From Actinomycetes bacterium (GTDB lineage: Bacteria; Actinomycetota; Acidimicrobiia; Acidimicrobiales; JAMCPL01), in contig JAJZWU010000009.1 in the NCBI GenBank assembly GCA_021846515.1, positions 1,587 through 65,586 on the forward strand: a stretch of DNA of 64,000 bases, given 5' to 3'. Each line of letters starts with the position of its first letter. Position 1 is the first letter of the stretch. Shown here in pieces: positions 29,169-36,957 of the stretch. Made by a program: the position numbers and the translations under genes. The notes beneath the pieces were generated by a model. The model was not told where the DNA came from. It ran no database searches and saw nothing but the letters and a program-made list of their open reading frames with translations.

Positions 29169-29368
29169 CTTCTCTCACTGGGTATATAAATTATACCACT
29201 ATCCATTATGTGTTCTACTTCATTATGCTACAACAACATCGCATGCACAACGGTACCATCACTGATATCCTATGCGTGTTTACCCCGATTTTCCTCATAG
29301 GCATTTACCGCAATACTGGTCTTTCTACCCAGGACGACCCTAATGGATGGAGCAGGCACCTGAGATGG

Positions 29369-29377
29369 TGCTATAAT
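29369..29377 (+). promoter_or_regulatory. Extended -10 element TGcTATAAT, 7 nt upstream of the RR2 GTG start
   Basis: TG at 29369-29370, TATAAT at 29372-29377, GTG at 29385. There is no obvious -35 and no Shine-Dalgarno, so the gene is a leaderless candidate. Confidence 0.45.
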
Positions 29378-29384
29378 TGTTCCA

Positions 29385-30200
29385 GTGGAAGGATCTAAAG
29401 ACTCAGCAGATCGGGAGGTTGGAATAGGGAGTCGTCCATCCAAGCGAGCAGGGCAAGGCGGAGAGACCAGCCGGAGTGCCCGCACTACGACGGCAACGCA
29501 GCAATACGAAGCTTCAGGGACGAGGCGCCCGAGATCCCTATCCGCTGAGTCTCCTATTACAATATTACTTGCAGACGACCATGCCGTAGTGAGAGAAGGT
29601 ATCCGGCAAATTATCGAAAGAAGCCCGGACATGGAGGTTGTTGGGGAAGCCGGAGATGGCGAGCAGGCAGTGGAAATTGCTCGAAGTACTATGCCGGAGG
29701 TGGCATTGCTGGACATAAAACTGCCTGGCATTACCGGGATTGATGCTGCACAGCAGATCACCAAAATATCACCCAATACCAAGGTATTGATATTAAGCGC
29801 TTACGCAGAAAGAGCTTACGTAGAAGCCGCCATGGATGCAGGGGTACACGGCTACCTGCTGAAGAGCGCCCCCGGTAGGGTGTTGCTCGATTCAATAAGA
29901 GCGGTACGCTCAGGTGCTATGGTATTGGACAGTTCGTTGCCGAGAGGACCAATAGGCCACTCTACGGAGTCTCTATCTGAGCAGTCGGAGGCTCCAACCC
30001 TTACTCCTCGTGAAATAGAAATAGTCTCCCTGGTTACAAAGGGATACCGCAACAAACAAATTGCAATTGAACTGGGAGTATCCCTGCGTACCGTGGAGAG
30101 CCACCTTGAGCATGTATTCGACAAGGTCGGAAGCACGTCGCGTACCGAGCTGTCGATGTACGCCGTAGCGCATGGGTGGGTGGACCCCTCCACTGATTAG
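29385..30200 (+). CDS. NarL/LuxR-family response regulator (RR2) with a ~60-aa N-terminal extension
   Basis: Receiver domain (ILLADDHAVVR...ALLDIKLPGITG...GYLLKS) and LuxR HTH (LTPREIEIVSLVTKGYRNKQIAIELGVSLRTVESH). GTG start, preceded by an extended -10 element. Confidence 0.88.
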   Translation: MEGSKDSADREVGIGSRPSKRAGQGGETSRSARTTTATQQYEASGTRRPRSLSAESPITILLADDHAVVREGIRQIIERSPDMEVVGEAGDGEQAVEIARSTMPEVALLDIKLPGITGIDAAQQITKISPNTKVLILSAYAERAYVEAAMDAGVHGYLLKSAPGRVLLDSIRAVRSGAMVLDSSLPRGPIGHSTESLSEQSEAPTLTPREIEIVSLVTKGYRNKQIAIELGVSLRTVESHLEHVFDKVGSTSRTELSMYAVAHGWVDPSTD

Positions 30201-30227
30201 CCGGAGACCGGCTATGGTGACCGACTA

Positions 30228-31823
30228 ATGGCTACCAACCCCATACATCACACAGCTGACGACACCGGCAACATACTGTGGCCGCCTCCAATTGGTAGCA
30301 GCCGTTTCTGGATAGTGCAGGTACTTGTCGTGGGTGTGGCAATAATTCAAGAGTTGCTGTGGCTACCTGGTATCAAGGGATGGGGTCTGAATATACCTCC
30401 ATTCATAGCCGTAGGGCTGTTCGGCGTACCTGTTCTCTATGCTGCATTGAATTATGGATTCGCGGCATCCATGGCAACTGCCACTATAGCTACGGGAATA
30501 ACAGCCATGACGGTAGCAATAAACGGAATACTTGGGATGTTGCCGACACTATACGCTTGGGCATATGCAGTAGAACTGGCATCCCTACTGGTTGTAGCAG
30601 CCTCCGTCGGCTCACGATTCGAGCGTGAAACCCTGGCAAGAATTGAGATAGAAAGAGCTGCCGCTGCTGCTACGGCTGCCGAACTGCGTTACCATTCGCT
30701 CTTCGAAGCAAGCGCGGCTCCCGTATTGCTGGTAGATAGCAACGGCGTCATACGGGAAGCAAATGAATCAGCACGAAAGATATTCTCTCCCAGCACCATG
30801 TTTGGAAAGACGCTTGAAGAAGTCACGGGCAATAAGGTATCACTAACACTTCTAAATCGCAATCGGCAATTATCTGCTCCTACACATCTGGTTACGCCTG
30901 AGGGTACGCAGTATATGCTCCTGGCTACAACAGTGCCGCACGACATTACGTCAGAAATATCAGGAGAATCCAGCAACGAACAACAACGCGAGATGATACA
31001 GGTTATCTTTCAGGATGTAACCGAAGAAGTGGAGCAGCAACGGCGTACAGAGGCATATGCAGAGCATGTTTTGCGAGCGCAGGAAGAGGAGAGAAGAAGG
31101 ATAGCGCGTGAACTCCACGACGAACCGGTTCAGTCACTGGTACATCTATGCCATAGGATAGATGCAGTAATGGATTCGACTGATCTGCCCGAAAATACAC
31201 TCGTAGAATTGGAATCTACGCGCACATTGACGGAAAATACAATTACCGAACTTCGCAATATCGCGACCGCACTGCGACCTCCAGCCCTGGACGACCTTGG
31301 CCTAATGGCATCGCTACGCAATCTCGTAGCAGAGTACCGTGAACGCAACACGATCAAGATATGGCTTAAAACTGCCGGTACAATCCCAAAACTCGACAAA
31401 TGGCAAGAACTGACGATCTACAGAGTCGCTCAAGAAGCACTTTCAAACGTTGAACGGCATTCAGGGGCTACGCAGGTGACAGTGTCGCTAAAGAGCACGC
31501 CATCCATGCTCAGGCTGGTAGTTGCGGATAACGGCCATGGGTTTACAGGTGCGGTTTTTGATGGTTCCATGATCGCCGATCAAATGATACAGAACCGTAC
31601 AGGCACTTACTCCAAACGAAATCGATTAAGAGGCTCCAATGCCACAGCCAGCAAAGCTACAGTCGGCAATGCTGTAACCGGTGATATATCGTCCAATGAT
31701 CGCGCCCATCTCGGCCTATTGGGTATGACCGAACGCGCTCAACTGGTCGGCGCCCATCTCGGAGTAGTATCACATCCAGGCCAAGGTACACTGGTAAGCC
31801 TTAGACTGAGGTATGATCATTAA
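30228..31823 (+). CDS. Sensor histidine kinase, HisKA_3 type, with TM sensor + PAS-like domain (HK2)
   Basis: The TM bundle contains PVLYAALNYGF, paralogous to PILYGALRFGF in HK1. PAS-like segment LRYHSLFEASAAPVLLVD. H-box RIARELHDEPVQ. HATPase_c with a ~45-aa insertion before LGLLGMTERA. Confidence 0.88.
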   Translation: MATNPIHHTADDTGNILWPPPIGSSRFWIVQVLVVGVAIIQELLWLPGIKGWGLNIPPFIAVGLFGVPVLYAALNYGFAASMATATIATGITAMTVAINGILGMLPTLYAWAYAVELASLLVVAASVGSRFERETLARIEIERAAAAATAAELRYHSLFEASAAPVLLVDSNGVIREANESARKIFSPSTMFGKTLEEVTGNKVSLTLLNRNRQLSAPTHLVTPEGTQYMLLATTVPHDITSEISGESSNEQQREMIQVIFQDVTEEVEQQRRTEAYAEHVLRAQEEERRRIARELHDEPVQSLVHLCHRIDAVMDSTDLPENTLVELESTRTLTENTITELRNIATALRPPALDDLGLMASLRNLVAEYRERNTIKIWLKTAGTIPKLDKWQELTIYRVAQEALSNVERHSGATQVTVSLKSTPSMLRLVVADNGHGFTGAVFDGSMIADQMIQNRTGTYSKRNRLRGSNATASKATVGNAVTGDISSNDRAHLGLLGMTERAQLVGAHLGVVSHPGQGTLVSLRLRYDH

Positions 31824-31826
31824 GTT

Positions 31827-33272
31827 ATGCCACAACCAGCAAATACACCCAAACAGGGGAAGGTGAGTTCCATCACCTCCCAGCAGGCAGACTTTCCGGC
31901 TTGGTACCAGGACGTCATCTCCAAAACCGAATTAGCCGACAATGGCCCCGTGCGAGGCACAATGGTAATAAGACCATATGGATACGCGCTATGGGAACGA
32001 ATCCAGGGCGAGTTGGACGAACGTATAAAGGCTGCCGGAGCACAAAACGCGTACTTTCCGTTACTCATACCCGAATCTTACCTGCATCGCGAATCGGAGC
32101 ACGTAGAAGGTTTTAGCCCGGAGCTTGCTGTAGTAACTCACGGAGGAGGCAGGGAACTGGAGGAACCGGCCGTAGTAAGACCGACAAGCGAAACTATAAT
32201 CAATGCCTACTTTGCCAAGTGGATACAGAGCTATCGTGACTTGCCGCTACTAATAAATCAATGGGCAAACGTAGTTCGCTGGGAACTGAGACCAAGACTT
32301 TTCTTGAGAACAACCGAGTTCCTCTGGCAGGAAGGCCATACTGCACACGCATCTGCCGAAGAGGCGCGTGACTATGCAATAAAGATACTGCAAGAGGTCT
32401 ACGAGGACTTCATGGTGCACGTCATGGCAGTGCCTGTTATCACGGGTCGCAAAACTGCCAGAGAACGCTTTCCCGGCGCCGAAGAGAGTTGGACATGTGA
32501 AGGCATGATGCGCGACGGAAAGGCTCTCCAAATGGGAACCAGCCACGAGCTTGGGCAACGATTCTCCAATATGTTTGGTACGACCTTCCAGACTCCGGAA
32601 GGAGTCGATACTCATGTGTGGCAAACATCCTGGGGGGTATCCACACGCCTGCTGGGGGCGCTTATAATGGCGCACGGTGACGATTACGGATTGCGCCTGC
32701 CTCCAGAGCTTGCCCCTATACAAGTAGTCATAATACTAATATCACCGGACAGCACCATAGAAGCAACCGGGATGCAACTGATGCAAGAACTCAAAGAAGC
32801 AGGTTGCCGTGTAGAGATGGACAGTGACACCCATACCTCTTATGGCCGCAGGGTAACTAATTGGGAGCTCAAGGGAGTTCCGGTAAGGATAGAGATGGGA
32901 CAACGCGAACTGGATACCGGCAATGTAACTATAGCATTGCGCGATACAAGAGAGAAGCAATCAATTCCAGTAACATCTACTGTCACCGTAGTGCCGAAAA
33001 CCCTGTCTTCCATCCAACACGGGATGCTTAAACAAGCACAATCATTTCGCGATGAACATACCTATCCGGCTACGACCCTGGAAGACGCCGCAGAAAAAGC
33101 CATAGAGGGAAAGGGCTTCGCGACCATCCCATGGAGCAAAGTAGGAGATAAGGGCGAGGAGCGGCTGGCAGAAAGCGGATTAACAGTACGTTGCCTCGTC
33201 ACCGAAGATGGATCACTTCCGGTGGGTATGGACGAGAAAGACCTGCTGGCTATCATTGCCAAGGCGTATTGA
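31827..33272 (+). CDS. proS: Proline--tRNA ligase (archaeal/eukaryote-like type)
   Basis: FPAWYQDVISKTELAD...VRGTMVIRPYGYALWE, class II motifs, and ~480 aa without the bacterial INS editing domain. It starts 3 nt after the HK2 stop. Confidence 0.9.
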   Translation: MPQPANTPKQGKVSSITSQQADFPAWYQDVISKTELADNGPVRGTMVIRPYGYALWERIQGELDERIKAAGAQNAYFPLLIPESYLHRESEHVEGFSPELAVVTHGGGRELEEPAVVRPTSETIINAYFAKWIQSYRDLPLLINQWANVVRWELRPRLFLRTTEFLWQEGHTAHASAEEARDYAIKILQEVYEDFMVHVMAVPVITGRKTARERFPGAEESWTCEGMMRDGKALQMGTSHELGQRFSNMFGTTFQTPEGVDTHVWQTSWGVSTRLLGALIMAHGDDYGLRLPPELAPIQVVIILISPDSTIEATGMQLMQELKEAGCRVEMDSDTHTSYGRRVTNWELKGVPVRIEMGQRELDTGNVTIALRDTREKQSIPVTSTVTVVPKTLSSIQHGMLKQAQSFRDEHTYPATTLEDAAEKAIEGKGFATIPWSKVGDKGEERLAESGLTVRCLVTEDGSLPVGMDEKDLLAIIAKAY

Positions 33273-33287
33273 CTGAGCTTAACGTGT

Positions 33288-34103
33288 TTAGGCTCTCTGA
33301 GAAAAGTTGGGTGGCCTCTTTCCTTTGACCGCAGCAACGCCCTCTTTCACGTCCTCTCCAAGAAAACAGAGCATCTCAAGTGCAAGAGACTCTCCAAAAA
33401 TTGGCATCGACTGCCTGTACCAACCATTGAGCGCTTTTTTGGTCCATTCAATTGCCAGCTGGCTTCCTGCAGCCAAGCGCTCCGCAATTGCAATTGCTTC
33501 CGGCAATACCTGGTCATCAGGAACACACTTGGACACAAGACCAATTCGCTCAGCTTCACGACCGTCCAGAAAATCAGCAGTCATGAGGTAGTACTTGGCT
33601 TTCGCCATGCCACACAACATTGGCCAAACTAATGCTCCATGGTCGCCCGCAGCGACTCCGATACGGACATGACCATCGGTCAATCTGACAGATTCACCCA
33701 TGACGCTAATATCAGCCATCAATGCAATAGCGAGTCCGGCCCCTACGGCAACTCCGTTTATGGCAGACACAACAGGCTTTCGCGAAGAGATCAGTTTCTC
33801 TACGATTGCTCCTGCATCTCTCCACTGAACGAGCATAGCCTCATATGAAGAGGTCATCTCCTCAATCATCCCCATGTCTCCACCCGCGCTGAACGCTCGC
33901 CCCGCTCCGGTAACCACCACACACCTGACCTGCTCGTCGGCATCCACCACGTGCCATATTTCAGACATCTCACGATGAAGCCTCACGTTGGCTGAGTTGA
34001 GAGTATCAGGTCTATTGAAAGTAGCTATTACAACACCGTTGTCGCGTCTATCAAAATCAATGTATTCAAAATCTTCATAACTTGAAAAATTATCTACTGC
34101 CAT
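33288..34103 (-). CDS. Enoyl-CoA hydratase/isomerase (crotonase) family protein
   Basis: VVTGAGRAFSAGGD and ISAINGVAVGAGLAIAL oxyanion-hole motifs. The start was moved to the ATG at 34103 (MAVDNFSS...), since the upstream 45 codons look non-coding. Confidence 0.88.
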   Translation of the reverse strand: MAVDNFSSYEDFEYIDFDRRDNGVVIATFNRPDTLNSANVRLHREMSEIWHVVDADEQVRCVVVTGAGRAFSAGGDMGMIEEMTSSYEAMLVQWRDAGAIVEKLISSRKPVVSAINGVAVGAGLAIALMADISVMGESVRLTDGHVRIGVAAGDHGALVWPMLCGMAKAKYYLMTADFLDGREAERIGLVSKCVPDDQVLPEAIAIAERLAAGSQLAIEWTKKALNGWYRQSMPIFGESLALEMLCFLGEDVKEGVAAVKGKRPPNFSQRA

Positions 34104-34246
34104 ACACTGAAAGGTATACCTGATACACCCATACTTGCAAGTCGTCCGCCGTCCTATTGTTACGCGCCTGCCATATATACCCTGTATTCCCAATTGCACT
34201 TCGAGATATTGTGCCGGCCATACTACTGCTTGCGTCAATAATATAC

Positions 34247-35368
34247 ATGAGGTATCATCTAAGCATGACTACAGTTCCCCCAAATAATAAGAATAACGAA
34301 CTTAACGATAGGGCTTCTCTCATTGCCTCACTGACGGCATTCTCGCTGCAGCACATCTTACGTATAATTATAGAGTCATCTCAGAATGGTGAGCTTTACG
34401 TCGGTGGCACAGACCAGGATGGTAGAGCTTGGATTGATAATGGCAAGATAACCGGCTTCTCTGTCAGTACTCTGGACAACTCAGTAACCTCTGCCGAAAA
34501 AGCCCTCTTTGAGATGGCACTGTTCGACAACGCTTGGGCATACTTTACCCTGGGGCGCGCTGCTCCCACAAATACCTGTTCAGAGGAGCTGAAGGGTATC
34601 GTAGATCGTATAGGTCCGCAACTGGAAGAGTACCACTCTCTTATTAAAAAGATGCCGCTCAATGCAACTGTACGGCTGAATCAGGATTCTCCTTCCGACT
34701 CTGTGCAAATGTCTTCAGCGCAGTGGAAAGTCCTTACCAAGATAGGATCAGGAACCGGACAACAGGTCCGTGACATAATATCCAGCACAGATGTATCGCA
34801 AGTAGATACCCTGAAGATACTGGACCAGCTTGTAGCGGCACAACTTATTGCGGTCGAGAAAGCTGATGAGTCCACATTCCCTAACGCAGCAGCGAATGCG
34901 GCTCCCTCGGGTAACAGCAGCAATGTTGGCAATGCTTCAATAAGCAATCCTGCCGAGACTATTACTGTGTCAACAATACCCTCTACCACAACAATTCCTC
35001 CTGTGGGCTTGCCAACGGCACTTTCAGATGAGACTCCACCGGTATTGGCATCTTTGCCTGCTCCTACACCTGTACCACCTTCGGCTTCAGGAACCTCCGC
35101 AGAAAGCACCCCTACCGATCCCGGATCTATGCCCACATCCACTACGACTACTCCACCTGCTGGCTCTACACCCCTCAGCTCAGTAAACACATCAGAACCG
35201 GATCGTGAGGTAGTAAATGCGCTAAGAGAGACGGTAGACCCTCTCGGTGGGTTCATCCTTGTAACCGATTCACCGGCCAGGTACGACACAAGGCCAGAAC
35301 AGCAATCTATCGATCCCAGTAAATCAAGTGATGCGCAGTTCCCTACTGGGCTTGGAGATATCAGCTAG
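34247..35368 (+). CDS. Hypothetical protein: DUF4388-like N-terminal domain + Pro/Thr/Ser-rich C-terminal half
   Basis: The N-terminus LQHILRIIIESSQNGELYV...GRAWIDNGKITG resembles the DUF4388 (PATAN-like) pattern. Residues ~230-340 are PT/S-rich low complexity. The start is 34247 or 34265. Confidence 0.55.
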   Translation: MRYHLSMTTVPPNNKNNELNDRASLIASLTAFSLQHILRIIIESSQNGELYVGGTDQDGRAWIDNGKITGFSVSTLDNSVTSAEKALFEMALFDNAWAYFTLGRAAPTNTCSEELKGIVDRIGPQLEEYHSLIKKMPLNATVRLNQDSPSDSVQMSSAQWKVLTKIGSGTGQQVRDIISSTDVSQVDTLKILDQLVAAQLIAVEKADESTFPNAAANAAPSGNSSNVGNASISNPAETITVSTIPSTTTIPPVGLPTALSDETPPVLASLPAPTPVPPSASGTSAESTPTDPGSMPTSTTTTPPAGSTPLSSVNTSEPDREVVNALRETVDPLGGFILVTDSPARYDTRPEQQSIDPSKSSDAQFPTGLGDIS

Positions 35369-35417
35369 AAAGACCTACTCTGCGCCGCATCGGTCCAACT
35401 CTATTAGCGAAACTTCA

Positions 35418-36842
35418 TTAGTGCAGATCCCTGGATCTAAGCCTTGTGCCCTCGGCGGTGTCCTCAACTATCCAACCCCTTTTCACGAGTTCGTCTCTCA
35501 AGGCATCCGCCTTCTGCCAATCACGCTCGTTGCGTGCAATATCTCTCTCTCTCGCCAGTTCCAGGGTCTCCTCGTCAAATGCTTCTTCATCCGTACTGTC
35601 AAATACAAAACCAAGGGCATTGCACAATACCTGAACTGTTATAGCCAATTGCTCACCACGTCCGATATCACCGGCATCAAAGGCGCTATTAGCCCGTCTG
35701 GCAAGTTCAAACACGCTGGCAAGTGCTGCCGGGGTATCCAGGTCGTCATCCATATGGCGGCAAAATTCGTCCAGCTCATCTCTGCCTGCACCCATTCGTA
35801 CGGCCTCTTCAATGGTAATAAACGTTGTCGCCAACTCCGGTAATTCTGCAACGCCCGATACCGCTTTGTATCTTCTTACCAGCAAATCAAGTCGAGCAAG
35901 AGACTCCTCAGCATCAGATACGGTACGTGGAGTCACTTCCATGGGAGATCGGTAATGGGATCGTAATACAAGCAGCCTGTAGGCACGGGGGTCTGACCTG
36001 GAGAGAAAGTCACTCAACGAGGTGTAATTCCCCAATGATTTCGCCATTTTTTCACCACCGACGGTGACCCAACCATTATGCACCCAGTGACGGGCAAAGC
36101 TTTTCCCCAACGCAACTGATTGCGCTCTCTCATTCTCGTGATGTGGAAATGCCAAATCGGCGCCTCCCCCATGAATATCAAATCCTTCTCCCAAGATACC
36201 GAGGGACATCACCACACATTCCGTATGCCACCCGGGTCTCCCATCCCCCCAGGGAGATGGCCAAGATGGCTCCCCCGCCTTTGCCCTCTTCCATAAAGCG
36301 AAATCCAACGGAGATCGTTTCTCGTCGTTCTCCTCAACTCGTGCCCCTGCCCTCAACGTGTCCAGCCGCTGACGAGCCAACAGGCCGTATCCACTTATAC
36401 TACCAGTGGAAAAATAAATCCCATCGCTAGCCTCATAAGCGTAACCCTTATCTATCATCTCACCAATGGCCTCTACCATAGACGGCACGTAACTGGTAGC
36501 GTGTGGTATATCATCCGGCCTAGCTACCCCCAGACTATCCATAGCAGACCACCACACATTTTCAAATTCCCTGGCCACTTCCGTATACGACCTATTCTCT
36601 TGTTGCGCTCTCATAATGATCTTGTCGTCTATATCGGTGATGTTAGAAACATAGTGCACCCTGTTTCCAAGGAACTCCATGTAACGCCGGAGGATGTCGA
36701 ACACAAGGGCAAAACGGCCATGTCCCAAATGGGGTACGTCGTACACCGTGGGACCACATACATACATGGCAATCTCTCCAGGTCTACGCGAAACTATACT
36801 TTCCTGTTTCCCGGTTGCAGAATCATAAAGATTGATCACCAT
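35418..36842 (-). CDS. cysS: Cysteine--tRNA ligase
   Basis: HIGH-type motif (CGPTVYDVPHLGHGR), KMSKS variant (KMAKSLGN), the Zn-binding Cys context, and a 474-aa length that includes the anticodon-binding domain. Confidence 0.9.
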   Translation of the reverse strand: MVINLYDSATGKQESIVSRRPGEIAMYVCGPTVYDVPHLGHGRFALVFDILRRYMEFLGNRVHYVSNITDIDDKIIMRAQQENRSYTEVAREFENVWWSAMDSLGVARPDDIPHATSYVPSMVEAIGEMIDKGYAYEASDGIYFSTGSISGYGLLARQRLDTLRAGARVEENDEKRSPLDFALWKRAKAGEPSWPSPWGDGRPGWHTECVVMSLGILGEGFDIHGGGADLAFPHHENERAQSVALGKSFARHWVHNGWVTVGGEKMAKSLGNYTSLSDFLSRSDPRAYRLLVLRSHYRSPMEVTPRTVSDAEESLARLDLLVRRYKAVSGVAELPELATTFITIEEAVRMGAGRDELDEFCRHMDDDLDTPAALASVFELARRANSAFDAGDIGRGEQLAITVQVLCNALGFVFDSTDEEAFDEETLELARERDIARNERDWQKADALRDELVKRGWIVEDTAEGTRLRSRDLH

Positions 36843-36957
36843 GCCAAGATAACACTTATACGACCAATGTGCAGGCTGATCCAGAATGAACCTCCGAACA
36901 GTGCATTAAACGGTGCTGCTATCACCCTGAGACTCTCCAATAAGGTATCCTGTAAAT

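Noticed and set aside
36843-36957. Looked for T-box or other riboswitch leaders upstream of valS, cysS and proS.
   Set aside because: I found no T-box consensus (AGAGA / specifier loop / conserved 14-mer-like UGGUACCGCG) and no terminator/antiterminator pair. The cysS-valS divergent gap is only 115 nt, and proS abuts HK2.
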